64,000 bases of DNA from an uncultured delta proteobacterium (GCA_963804955.1 CAWDSQ010000007.1:384001-448000); one strand, 5' to 3'; counted from the stretch's first letter, positions 1-10,437 are shown. Notes: generated from the sequence alone by a model not told the origin. Program-made: numbers and translations.

Positions 1-2
1 GG

Positions 3-152
3 ATCATCGAGAACTGGAAAGTAGCCCTGCAACTTAAAACGTGTAAAGAATGCGGAGAAGCTTTTGCACCGGAAAACCAACTGGCGTATTTCTCTAAAAA
101 AGCCGGGCTGCCTGAGAATTATTATGATGTATGCCGGCATTGCCGTACATGA
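3..152 (+). CDS. 3' end of an Fe-S protein (possibly NuoG/hydrogenase-like subunit), partial
   Basis: Manual translation IIENWKVALQLKTCKECGEAFAPENQLAYFSKKAGLPENYYDVCRHCRT*; two CxxC motifs. Confidence 0.55.
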   Translation: MIENWKVALQLKTCKECGEAFAPENQLAYFSKKAGLPENYYDVCRHCRT

Positions 153-192
153 CCGGTAAGCACTATTAACTTAAAAAAACATTGGGTAGGTT

Positions 193-426
193 ATGAAAGT
201 AGATCGTGAAATATGCGTAGGCTGCGGAGCCTGTGTAAATCTCTGTCCGCGGTTGGCCATTCGTCTTATCGATGACAAGTCTTTTATTGATCAGGTTTCC
301 TGTATCGAGTGTGGCACCTGCAGGGCTGGCTGCGGTGTGGATGCAATTTTCTGTGACTGCCGCTTTCCTGAAATACTCTTGCTTAATCTCACAAGCGATA
401 CCTACGAACAAGGGGAGCGCTCATGA
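193..426 (+). CDS. 2x[4Fe-4S] ferredoxin
   Basis: CVGCGACVNLCP and CIECGTCRAGC motifs; overlaps next gene (ATGA). Confidence 0.9.
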   Translation: MKVDREICVGCGACVNLCPRLAIRLIDDKSFIDQVSCIECGTCRAGCGVDAIFCDCRFPEILLLNLTSDTYEQGERS

Positions 427-1736
427 AAAAAATCTATGATTTTATTGTAGTTGGAGCAGGACCCGCAGGGTTGATGATCGCAAAAGAGCTGTCAGCAGCA
501 AGGCAGGATGTGCTTCTGATTGATATAAAGAAGGAAATATCGAAAGTTCACCGTTCCTGCTGTACCATGCTGATCAATGAACCCAATACACACGGGGAAA
601 CCGTTCGCTTTGTTGATAATGATCTTTATTTTGAAAAAACCGGCATTACGGTCAAATACGGGCATCCCTATGTTAAGCTGGTTAAAAGCTCCAGAATGTC
701 CACCGGCGGAAATAAGCTGACCATGGTCAACCGTGAAAACGGTGTGGCGCTGCCATATACCAAAGAGATCATCCTGCGTAATCTCCTGGAAGAATCCCTG
801 GCGAACGGTGTTGATATCTTAACCGAAACAGCCGGTATTCGGGCGGAAAATATTGACGGTAAAGTAAAAGTTACTATTCGCGACAACCATACACGAACAC
901 TCAAAGAAGTCTGGTGCAGGGTTTGTTTCGCGGCGGACGGTTGCAACTCACAGATTGTTACGGGCCTGGAGCTGTTCAGGACCCGGAAATATTTTGGTTC
1001 ATATCGGGTGGCCTCCTATTTCCTGGATGAAGTGGATTATCCGAACTGGGACTCATGGATTACCTGTGTGGGAAAAGGGCATACCCCCTGGGGCAAAGGT
1101 CAGATCTATATGGTCCCCAAATATCTAGCGGATGCAAAAAAAGGAGATAAACCTATTCTTGATGTGTTCTGCGGGACCCCCTGCGGTTTACCGGCCAAAA
1201 TGGGCCTGGACTGGTTCTTAACAGAAGGCCCGTTTAAAGAATGGTTCCATAATGCTAAAATTGTACATAAGGCAGCATGTGTGCTAAACTTTTACACCTG
1301 TATTATGAATCCGGTAGAGGGAAATATTGTGGTGGTGGGTGATGCCGCCGCCTTTATTGAAACCTACTGTCAGTCGGCATTAATGTACGGATATCTGGCA
1401 GCACAGGCCGCGCTGAAAGTCCTGAGTACCGGAAAAGGGTATGATGATTATACCAATTTTTGGCGGGAAAGCTTTGAGTACTGCCATCCCGGTGAAATTG
1501 AAAAGGCACTGCAGGCTTTTGGTCTCGGGCGACTTGAGGATGAACAGCTGAATTATATTTTCAGCCTGACCAATAATGAGGAATATGCCGGATACGTCAG
1601 CGAAAACACGGCCGGCTATGTGATGCAAAAGGCCATCATGGGTCATATTGCCCAGATCAAAAAAGAACGTCCCGATATTGCGGCTGTAATTGAACAACAC
1701 TGGAAAGCGTCGGCGGAAGACATCGTGGATCAATAA
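423..1736 (+). CDS. FAD-dependent oxidoreductase, geranylgeranyl reductase/FixC-like
   Basis: VVGAGPAG, ADG and VGDAA motifs; 437 aa. Confidence 0.85.
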   Translation: MKKIYDFIVVGAGPAGLMIAKELSAARQDVLLIDIKKEISKVHRSCCTMLINEPNTHGETVRFVDNDLYFEKTGITVKYGHPYVKLVKSSRMSTGGNKLTMVNRENGVALPYTKEIILRNLLEESLANGVDILTETAGIRAENIDGKVKVTIRDNHTRTLKEVWCRVCFAADGCNSQIVTGLELFRTRKYFGSYRVASYFLDEVDYPNWDSWITCVGKGHTPWGKGQIYMVPKYLADAKKGDKPILDVFCGTPCGLPAKMGLDWFLTEGPFKEWFHNAKIVHKAACVLNFYTCIMNPVEGNIVVVGDAAAFIETYCQSALMYGYLAAQAALKVLSTGKGYDDYTNFWRESFEYCHPGEIEKALQAFGLGRLEDEQLNYIFSLTNNEEYAGYVSENTAGYVMQKAIMGHIAQIKKERPDIAAVIEQHWKASAEDIVDQ

Positions 1737-1750
1737 CAAAAGAGGTTTGT

Positions 1751-2296
1751 GTGCCGAACATACTGCTGCCAACAATGAGCCAGGCGAGGAAGGAGTCTTT
1801 TGCACATCGCGGCATACATCTCGTTGAATCCATTACCGCCCCGGAGTTCGAGCAGGTTATTACGGACTACCTCGCCGGCCATAATGTTCTGCACCTTGCA
1901 ACCTGCAAGAGCAATGAGGTGCGCAGCACAACCTTAGAATATTTCAACAACAAGCTGACGGTGTATATCTTGTCTGAAGGCGGCGGAAAACTGGCAAACC
2001 TGAAAGCAAATGCAAATGTCAGCTATACCATTGCAGACCCCTATAGCCCGGAAAAGGATTTCTTCGGTGCTTCCGGCCTCCAGGTTTGGGGCAGGGGCAC
2101 TGTATTTAGAAAAAATGATGCTCCGGAAATGTTTGCCTCAATTAACCGCTATGCCCGAACTGCAGACAGCCTTGAGCAGCAGGACCTGAAGGCAAAGGCT
2201 GCCGCTGTAAATTTTTATGTTATCACCATTGAGCCTGACAAAATTATTTATCTTAACTACCGGCAGGGATATCGCAAAGCTACGTGGGAGCGTTAG
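1751..2296 (+). CDS. Pyridoxamine 5'-phosphate oxidase-like split-barrel protein
   Basis: LHLAT...RST...KLANLKANANVS...GLQVWGRG pattern. Confidence 0.8.
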   Translation: MPNILLPTMSQARKESFAHRGIHLVESITAPEFEQVITDYLAGHNVLHLATCKSNEVRSTTLEYFNNKLTVYILSEGGGKLANLKANANVSYTIADPYSPEKDFFGASGLQVWGRGTVFRKNDAPEMFASINRYARTADSLEQQDLKAKAAAVNFYVITIEPDKIIYLNYRQGYRKATWER

Positions 2297-2433
2297 CGCA
2301 GGATGCCTCAATGCAGGCGGCTTATGGAGCTGACCCGTTTGCCTGCTCTGTTATGGGGGACCGGGGAGCTTTCAACATACATAGTGGGATGAACTAACAA
2401 CCACTGAAACTGTTTTTTACAAAGGCGGTGCTT

Positions 2434-3117
2434 ATGCAAAACGTGACGAGAAGACAATTCACGCAAAAAACAGTGCTTTTTTCATTTGCTGCCGCACTGG
2501 TTCCGGCTATTGCGTCCGCTGCCGGCCCTCCGGCAGGCATGACCGCAGAAAAGGCTTCCGCGATGCTGGACAAGCTCAAAAACAATGCTTTCGCGAACAG
2601 GAATGATCTCTCCGACGCCATCAAATCCCTGTACATGACCTATGATACAACCAGCCCCTATCCCCATAAGTTCAATGAAGTCCTGACCAAGCAGCAACTG
2701 AGAAGCCTGCAATTCTACATTAATAACGGTGCTGAAAAGGAGTATGTGAACCACTGTATCACAACAGCCGAGCCCCTTCTCAAAAAAATAAAATCCATTG
2801 TTGAGAAGGAAGGCGGCGAGCAGGGCCTGCACAACATGTTTGAAGGCACTTCAACGTCATATCAGCTCTTTGAACATATTAATGTAATGCCCGGGAGCAG
2901 ATCATTCCCCTGCCCGTATAAAGAACTGCTCGCAAACTGCAAAAAATACCTGCTCACGTTTTCAATGGAGTGGAGTGATGTCTGTACAAAATTATGCACT
3001 CCCCTATGGACAGGAATAGGTGAAACGCTAGGCATCAGCCTTTCCGTTCAGCCAGGGGATACGTGTACCGTTGCCCTCAAGACAAACGGCAAGAAGCCTG
3101 AAGGAGGTGCTGCATGA
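2434..3117 (+). CDS. Tat-signal Cys-containing protein (ATC hydrolase/V4R-like), paralog A
   Basis: TRRQF twin-arginine motif, hydrophobic stretch and ASA; FPCPYK...VCTKLC...GDTC. Confidence 0.65.
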   Translation: MQNVTRRQFTQKTVLFSFAAALVPAIASAAGPPAGMTAEKASAMLDKLKNNAFANRNDLSDAIKSLYMTYDTTSPYPHKFNEVLTKQQLRSLQFYINNGAEKEYVNHCITTAEPLLKKIKSIVEKEGGEQGLHNMFEGTSTSYQLFEHINVMPGSRSFPCPYKELLANCKKYLLTFSMEWSDVCTKLCTPLWTGIGETLGISLSVQPGDTCTVALKTNGKKPEGGAA

Positions 3118-3776
3118 ATACGCATAAAAATCAAAACCCGGGCTCGGAACAATTGCCAATGGTTGAAGATACACAGCGCAGAAACTTCTTTAAAAAATTC
3201 TCTCTTGCCGGCCTGCTTTCAGCAGGATTGCTCCTGGGCCTGCCCCGCAGAGCAGCGGCCTGGCTGGATGGTAAATTCCAAGAGCGGCAGGATCTTGCCG
3301 ATGCCTTTAAAGTTCTACAAAAAACCTACAGCGATGTCAGCCCCTATCCCCATAAGTTCAATGATGCTTTGGTAAAGCTCCAGCTTCGGGATCTCGATTT
3401 TGCTGTTAAAAAAGGCTTTGACAAAGAATTTGCCGATCATTATGTCCTCACCCTTGGTGTGCCGATTGAGCGGCATATCAAACCCGCTATTGGAATGCTT
3501 GGCAAAGATTGTTTCCTGTGGGGGATTTTTGAACGCACAAGCTGTTCCTATCAGCTGTATGAACACATTAATATAGCTACAAAAAACGAGCGTTCATTCC
3601 CCTGCCCGTACAAGTCTATTCTCGGGCATATTCAGGGCACTGATGTGAACTATGTGATCAAGTGGAAAGATGTATGCGAAAAATGGTGTTCAAGGACCTG
3701 GAACGGTTTTGCTGATACTGCTGGTGTAAAAATTAAAATTATGCCGGGGGAAACCTGTAAGGTCAAAGTAATCTAG
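3114..3776 (+). CDS. Tat-signal Cys-containing protein (ATC hydrolase/V4R-like), paralog B
   Basis: QRRNFF motif and AAA cleavage site; shares SPYPHKFN, SYQLxEHIN and RSFPCPYK with the upstream gene. Confidence 0.65.
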   Translation: MNTHKNQNPGSEQLPMVEDTQRRNFFKKFSLAGLLSAGLLLGLPRRAAAWLDGKFQERQDLADAFKVLQKTYSDVSPYPHKFNDALVKLQLRDLDFAVKKGFDKEFADHYVLTLGVPIERHIKPAIGMLGKDCFLWGIFERTSCSYQLYEHINIATKNERSFPCPYKSILGHIQGTDVNYVIKWKDVCEKWCSRTWNGFADTAGVKIKIMPGETCKVKVI

Positions 3777-3832
3777 GGTTATAATTTTTTTAATCGGAGG
3801 CGGAAGATTCAGCCGGTGAAAGGAGTTGCCAT

Positions 3833-4570
3833 ATGAGCAGGAAATCCCTGCCGGAAGCGTGTTTTGAAATACTGACGCAGAAAATAGAGCTGAGCAGAAT
3901 CCCGGGATTTGAAGATCTGGAGCAGGTTAAGCTGCTAAACGGCGATGCCGGGGGCGGATTAAAAATATATACAGGTGATAAAATCAACCGCGTTGTTATG
4001 GTTGATTTCAAGCTCGGGGAGGGCGTGCCGATTCCGCACCATGAAAACCGGCCGTCAGTAGGCGCGGAAATATTTCAAATTGCCCCGGATTTCAATTACA
4101 AGCTGCCGATATTTGGAATTAATTCCGTTATCATGAAGGATGGCACCTATTATTTTGATACTGACTTTTCATTCGGCTTTGATCTCGTCAGGGACTATGA
4201 TTTTGTGGCAAAATACATTGAGCCCATCCAGGATATGTATACTAAATTTTCACTGCATCCCGATTTTAAGATCATCCCCCTTTCGGAAATGACGACATGG
4301 GTGAGAACGTATATTTCGCCTTTGTTCATTACCGCAATTACCACGGTTGATAAAGTCCAGACGGTATTTGATCTTGCATCGGAATATATAAACCTTTGGG
4401 CGAAAATGCACACAGAAGCAGCGCCTGTCACCGGAGATTTCAAAGAGCTTCAGCAGTCACGAATACAGGCGCAGTATGCCGGCATGAAAAATACCGACAG
4501 GATGGGCAAAGTGCTGCTGAATGCTTTCGGCAAAGAAACGTTCAGCAAATTTTTCAAAGCCATGTCATAA
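3833..4570 (+). CDS. Ferredoxin-dependent bilin reductase (FDBR)/RCCR-like protein
   Basis: PDFNYKLPIFGIN, WVRTYISP, EYINLW and C-terminal DRMGKVLLNAFGKE match the FDBR pattern; 245 aa; AGGAG RBS. Confidence 0.7.
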   Translation: MSRKSLPEACFEILTQKIELSRIPGFEDLEQVKLLNGDAGGGLKIYTGDKINRVVMVDFKLGEGVPIPHHENRPSVGAEIFQIAPDFNYKLPIFGINSVIMKDGTYYFDTDFSFGFDLVRDYDFVAKYIEPIQDMYTKFSLHPDFKIIPLSEMTTWVRTYISPLFITAITTVDKVQTVFDLASEYINLWAKMHTEAAPVTGDFKELQQSRIQAQYAGMKNTDRMGKVLLNAFGKETFSKFFKAMS

Positions 4571-4612
4571 AAACCGCGAATCTGGCCCTCGGTATCACCA
4601 CCCTTTCTGTGC

Positions 4613-4645
4613 CAGCCGCCCGCTTGACCGGGCGGCTGTTTTTTT
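4613..4645 (+). terminator. Rho-independent terminator
   Basis: CAGCCGCCCG-cttgac-CGGGCGGCTG followed by T7. Confidence 0.85.
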
Positions 4646-4836
4646 CTGGCGTTAAAGTGTTAAGCATCCATGGGTATCTAAGTATGGACAATCAGACAAC
4701 GCTTCCAAATGCTACCGCTCCATGCCTGCAGAAACAGCCGACCTTGCTCAGGTTCGGCTGTTTCTGTTAAAAAGGAAAGAATGGATACAAACGACGTGTT
4801 GCTCATACAACAGGTTCGCGCAGGGAAACGGTTGCT

Positions 4837-5064
4837 CTACGATGCTTGTTGCGTTACCTTGATAAGACTGACATCAAATGCGCCAAGAGCCCGCGCGCAT
4901 GTCTGTCTGTAGCCATTCATACGCATTACATATGAAATAAAACCATCCTTTTTCGGCTGCGCGAGCAGGTTCGCTGCAAGCCGTGTTTCAGCAATGTGAA
5001 TAGTACCTGCATTGTTTAGAATTGCACTAACCAGCTCCTGTCTTGTTCTAACTTCAGTGCTCAT
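4837..5064 (-). CDS. Small hypothetical protein
   Basis: 75 aa ORF with AAGGAG RBS. Confidence 0.5.
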   Translation of the reverse strand: MSTEVRTRQELVSAILNNAGTIHIAETRLAANLLAQPKKDGFISYVMRMNGYRQTCARALGAFDVSLIKVTQQAS

Positions 5065-5169
5065 ATCTGCTCTCCTTGTTTGCTCGATAGTACAGAAAAA
5101 TCAGTTCTGGGATGCAAGGGAAATCCTCCCCGGTTTATCTCAAGATCAAACCTAAAGCTAAATTCCTGA

Positions 5170-5850
5170 TTACGGTCCGCCAGGAGCAGCATATTTATTG
5201 ACCGCTACTGAATTCAAAATTTTGCTAATCGCAGCCGCCTCAATTTGCTCAGTTGACAGCCCCTCTGTAGCAATATGGAAATGCTGTATGATGTCGGCAT
5301 TTGAACTTTTCGCAAGATTCAGCATTCCTTTTCTATTGTCTCTCAAATAATCCCTTAAAAATTTTTTTATAAATGGTGCATCATCGCCAAAACCTTCATA
5401 TTTCTTAATATCAATATTGGCCGTCGTCACTATCGTCATTTTTTTTCCCTGAAGATTTGAATTATGAAGCAAAGTACGCATGGGAACACTAAGCTTCCAA
5501 TTCCAAATAGGAGTGACAAGATAAACATTTTTATATTGTGAAAAATTAATCGTTTCCGGTTCGATTTGCGTGTACTTCCCCATCTGCGAATCGTATGCAG
5601 CGCCGATAAATCCGAACCAGCCGGACCTTTCTTTGGCATCCTTGATTTCTAAAATTTCTGCGCCGCTGGCAGATGCCATTGCTTTTGCCACTACCTCGCT
5701 TTTTCCCGTTCTGGAATAATAAACGACCACTGTATCAGTGGCGGCATTACTCTGCACAAACGAAAACAGTAAAATCATCAAGAAAAAGATACCTGATAAA
5801 AAAAATGCCCTGAAACCGCTTCGATAATGTAGTCTGGTATGCATACTCAT
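5170..5850 (-). CDS. Flavodoxin-like protein with signal peptide
   Basis: VVVYYSRTGKS and TPIWNW FMN-binding motifs; hydrophobic N-terminus ending SNA-A. Confidence 0.8.
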   Translation of the reverse strand: MSMHTRLHYRSGFRAFFLSGIFFLMILLFSFVQSNAATDTVVVYYSRTGKSEVVAKAMASASGAEILEIKDAKERSGWFGFIGAAYDSQMGKYTQIEPETINFSQYKNVYLVTPIWNWKLSVPMRTLLHNSNLQGKKMTIVTTANIDIKKYEGFGDDAPFIKKFLRDYLRDNRKGMLNLAKSSNADIIQHFHIATEGLSTEQIEAAAISKILNSVAVNKYAAPGGP

Positions 5851-5926
5851 TGACCTCCTTTAAAAATTCTACGCTTTATGAAGCGCTATTTTGATCCTGT
5901 ATTGCTGCGCATGAATGACGATGCAT

Positions 5927-6064
5927 TTAATGCCATAGCAGCTGCGATATCCACGCGTGAGTTGAAAGTCTCAACAATAAAACAATCAGAAAAACCATTA
6001 CTAGACCGGCGATACCGTAAGCGATTTTATTAAAAAAACAATTGTTGTTTGTTTTCATATTCAT
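5927..6064 (-). CDS. Small single-TM protein (45 aa)
   Basis: AGGAGG RBS before ATG at 6064; hydrophobic core IAYGIAGLVMVFLIVLLL. Confidence 0.5.
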   Translation of the reverse strand: MNMKTNNNCFFNKIAYGIAGLVMVFLIVLLLRLSTHAWISQLLWH

Positions 6065-6338
6065 TTTTGCGGCCTCCTGTAAAATTTCTTTTCTGCTGTG
6101 CTCGCACCTGCGTGTACTGAGCTTCCCCACCCGTTGAAAACCATTGAGTCTGCGTCACGCAACCGGCAAAGCGGTTCCTGTGAAACCGGGAGCCTTCATG
6201 GGCACACGAGATCAGCAAAATATCTGGTGCCATCCCCGTGAATTGCACACGCTTGCACATGCGAACCGGCACTTTAACGCAAGCGTCTGATTGTATGGGA
6301 TAGTGAGTTAAAAGGCGCCCAGGCAACTCATTAGAGGA

Positions 6339-6650
6339 TCATAGATTGAGTCGCATCGAGACTTGGAATGGTGAAGGGCTGTTGACTAGAGGAAGTAGCT
6401 CACTGATACAAAGGCGGTTTGAGGCAGGTGTTGAAAATAAATTTTGGGCTGAATTTAAAACAGGTGAAGGGCTGATGTCTTGCTTAAAATGCGCCTGACA
6501 GTATTTCTTTTTCAGTTCAGCACGTGAGAATACGCTGCAGCTAAGCTGCAGCGTATTCTCAGTAAAAGCGCTTGCTCTCGGGCAACCGAATAATAAATTA
6601 ATTGCCACTATGAAAAGCACGATATGAAATATTTTATGCTTTGGCATCAT
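6339..6650 (-). CDS. Hypothetical exported protein
   Basis: 103 aa ORF with signal-like N-terminus; no family recognised. Confidence 0.35.
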   Translation of the reverse strand: MMPKHKIFHIVLFIVAINLLFGCPRASAFTENTLQLSCSVFSRAELKKKYCQAHFKQDISPSPVLNSAQNLFSTPASNRLCISELLPLVNSPSPFQVSMRLNL

Positions 6651-6711
6651 AACCTGGTCGTGTAATTAGATTTTGATTGCTACATTATTTTAGAATATGC
6701 CCGGCGTGACC

Positions 6712-8155
6712 TCAACGCTTTTTTGAGAGAACAGAATCAATGGACAGATAGAATGCCTCTGTCACATTTTTCTGATATTTGCCGACGGGAACGCCATTAT
6801 AAATGACCCGCGTTTTGCCCTGCTGAAATTCCCGCGTGTACGGAATTGACCAGTCGGGGTAATCGATCTGTTCATAGACGTCATAGCCTTCAAATCCATG
6901 ATAATTTTTCAGTGCGTGATGAAACAGTGTATCTGAATTTTCTGCAAAAAACTCTATGGGCAAACCGATGACATAGTCATAGCCTTCCTTGATAGCCTGC
7001 AAATATGCCCGGTTTGTCGAAAGATATTTTTCTTTCGGGTCCCACACCGGGTCGGCGAATTCATCCTGACAGATAACAACATTGGTCCTGCCGAAGGCAT
7101 ATGATTTCAAGAGCCCTTTCACATCCTCAACAAGCTTATCGCGGTATTGCGGAGCCAGCTCAAGCCAGGCTTCCCAGCTGAAGTGATCCCACGGCATGCC
7201 ATGCACGGTCACCGCAACGGTAACACTGGAACTCTTCGGGAGGGTATCAAGCCTGTCTTTAAGCATATCTACAAAGGCCTGGCGCATCGGCTGAAATTGG
7301 CCCATGGGGGGGGCCATGATGACTTTGACTTTTTTACCCGGATGCTCGGCTTTCCACTCATTGATATATTCCATGCTGTGCCGGAAGCTTGAGTTAAACT
7401 CTTCAAAATGCGAATAGATCGGCATCGGGGCGGCAAGTACTATTGTTTCGCATCCTTCATCGAGCAATTCGAAAAGCTTTTTTTTCATATTATAGTAGTC
7501 AAGGCTGCTTTCCGCACGAAAGGCGATAGTGCTGTATTTCGAGCGGATTTTATCCAGCGCGCCGTTTATTACTTCAAATGATCCCTGCCAGTGAGGCAGT
7601 TTCTGCTGTTTTATGCCGCGGTTGTAGTACCAGATATTGGCTTTATTCATTGTTTTACCACTCAGGGAGGGCAAGCCGGCCTTATGGCCGGTAAAAAGAA
7701 AATAGCCATGATCGAGATAAATTCTCTTGGACGGCGGCTGCCAGACAACCTCCCCTTTTTTGTATTTTTCAATAAAAGGCTCACCATCTATGTCGTTGTC
7801 ATTGCCATATTGATCAACCAGGCGCGTAGGCTTAAATTCTTCGTGCTCATGATATTTAACGGCATCCAGCAGGGCTACTCCTTTATCGATCTTGGAAAAA
7901 AGCCGAAATGGCCACGGAATAATAGCATTAAAAATTTTCAAAGTTATATTATAGAAAAACGGATATTCCATTTTCTCAGGCATTATCAGGCCGGTTACAA
8001 ATATTCCGACCTTCCCTTCCGGCACACGAATCCTGTATTTTATAATATTCTTCATAATAGTCCGGCTTCTGACGCCGGTTTTTGTATTTTGCAAGGACAG
8101 TATAAAAAACCGATACGGCAATAATGAATACTACAAAGCCCAGTAGAATTTTCAT
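6712..8155 (-). CDS. Membrane-anchored ferrochelatase-like (class II chelatase fold) protein; frameshift near 8030
   Basis: N-terminus MKILLGFVVFIIAVSVFY (ATG 8155) lies in another frame; KVGIFVTG, PMPIYSHF, TVHGMP and PIEFFAENSDTL resemble HemH motifs. Confidence 0.7.
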
Positions 8156-8179
8156 ATATGCATCCTTTCAATGTATAAT

Positions 8180-8936
8180 TCAAAGACTCCCAAGAAAATC
8201 TGTAGCAGCTTTCAGTATCGCCTGCTGCTGCTGAGCGTACGGAATTGACGCCGGTTTGTCTCCGCGATATAAGCTGTCTTTATTTGACAATGCACAAAAC
8301 TGCGAGTGATTGCCTCCCGGAATCTCAACAAACTGCGTTTCTGCCGGGAGGTGCTGTTTTGATGCTTCAATATCACTTAATTTTGTCAGCCCGTCACTGG
8401 TCCCGAAAATTGATAAAGCCTTCAATGTCATATGTTCAACCCTGAATCTGTGTGACGGATATGATGCCAGCAAAATCAAGCCGGAGATTTTCTCAGCGCT
8501 TGATCTGACATACCGGCATGCCATAACACCGCCCAGAGAGTGCCCGCCAAGAGCCCATTTCTCAATTTCAGGATATCTGCTCATAAGTATGCCTGCTCTC
8601 GTATAGCCAAGCACGGCAAGGTCAAGGGGCATGGATACTATAATGGCCAGATAGCCTTCCGCGGCAATGGCCTGCATTAATGGGGCATATGCCCTTGGAT
8701 CTACCAGCCCTCCGGGATACAGAATAAATCCCTTTTTTTTGATCCGTGCTTCGATCGGGAAGAAACACATAATGGGTCCCGGCCCACCCCAAATCGATTG
8801 TCTGTGCGCTTTTGCTCGTGCCTATAATATCCAGCGCCTCTTGAGCCGGTTTATAAGAAAATGGCTTTGCCCATAGCATATAGCCGGTCAGCAGCAGTAA
8901 AAAAACCCCTGACGCAAGCAGCATTCTGTATTTCAT
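8180..8936 (-). CDS. Alpha/beta hydrolase (esterase) with N-terminal anchor; frameshift in a homopolymer at ~8735
   Basis: ILYPGG, GGHSLGG nucleophile motif, GTSDG and GGNHSQF; two ORFs join at a 9-base run. Confidence 0.85.
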
Positions 8937-9153
8937 CGGCGCTTAATACATTCTGTAATTGCTCATCTGTCTGTATCCAAGCAGAACAAATGACTAAAAC
9001 CAGTGTCATGCATTAGGCAACACAGACCTTGTCCCGGATTCGGAATATTTTTCGGCACCCAGCGTCTAGCATGCTGCGTCTGCGCTACACTCTCCTGTCA
9101 ATGTCGGATACATCATTTAGTCCAGTCTTTAGCCGTGCCTTTTGGCACATGGT

Positions 9154-10437
9154 TTAATACGCCTGCTGGAGATACGAAATAGTAAACATGCTTTTATCAA
9201 CCTTTTCCGTCCCGACCTCATAAATTTCCTGCAGCGGAAGCGATGCATGGGTGCGCTGAAAATCCAGGAGCATAACCCCGACAATCATGTTTTTCATTTC
9301 ACCCTTCTTGGTCTTGAAGTCCGCATGGAGATATTCAAAGCACTTCCAGGGCCGTTTCAGCTCGTCATACAGTTCGGTATACAGCACTAAATAGGTCTCG
9401 GGATCAACATACCAAACCCGCTTTGAATAAATGTAATTCGGGTCTTTGCTCTTTACTTCAACCACATAGGTCGAAATCCGCTCGCGGGTTACGTTGTTCG
9501 GGATCGCCTGGCCCGGTGCACGCTGAAACATTTTAATGTCCGTATGCCGGGAGCAGAGCATTTCTTTTTTTCCGATCAGCTGATAGGTATTGCGCTGGAT
9601 ATGGCCGTCCCAGCCGTATTCATCGTCATAAATCATATCAGTGCCGTCAATGGTATCGGTGCGCTGGCCGACATTAATGCGCCTGATTCTGCGAAAGGGC
9701 GCATACCACATGTAGCCGTCATCTTCTTTATTCTTGTCAATGTAGCGCAGGTTAAAAAACCGCGAATTCTGGCTTTCCGGCGGATCGTACAGATGCAGAA
9801 ACAAGCCCCCGGTGAATGCCCTTTTCGTTTTTCGTCATATGCCGGAATCGGCTCAACATCGGTACGGTGAATCCAGTACAGCTCCCACTGGTCCTGATGC
9901 GTGGTCCGCTCTATTGCGACGCCGGGCGAAATAACCGGGCCTTTCCGCGCATAGTGGTTGGCATCGCCATGGGTGTTGAAGTCATAGTTCCAGGCGATCT
10001 CAAGCCCGTTTTTTGGATTGGGGAACGGCACGCCTGCAATTTCGGCATAGTTTACGATGTCGCCATCGGCATTCACCTTGACGATCGGGGCATACTTCTT
10101 TGTTGCCGCGATCACTCCTGTTCGTCTCAATCACCTGCGTGATAGGGGGTGATGGAAAAAAACAGGCCGTCCTTCTCGGGGCGCCCCATTTTTTCGGATC
10201 CTTGTACAGCTGAACAATCTGCTCGGGAAGAAATTGCGCGACCTGATCAATATTGCTTTTATCAATCTTCTTGCCGGCCCATGTCTTTTCCCACTCCTGA
10301 ACTTTAGCAAGCTCATCAGCCTTGTATGCTGCAACAGGATACTGCACATCCTGGGCCTGAGCTGCGCCGCAAAACAGAAACATCATGCCGGCTGCCGCTA
10401 TGGATGCTAATGATTTTTTTAATTGTTGTGCTGACAT
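9154..10437 (-). CDS. DUF1329 (LolA-like) periplasmic protein; frameshifted
   Basis: KIDKSNIDQ, GVPFPNPKNGLEIAWN, YAPFRRIRR and YSKRVWYVDPET spread over three overlapping ORFs. Confidence 0.85.
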
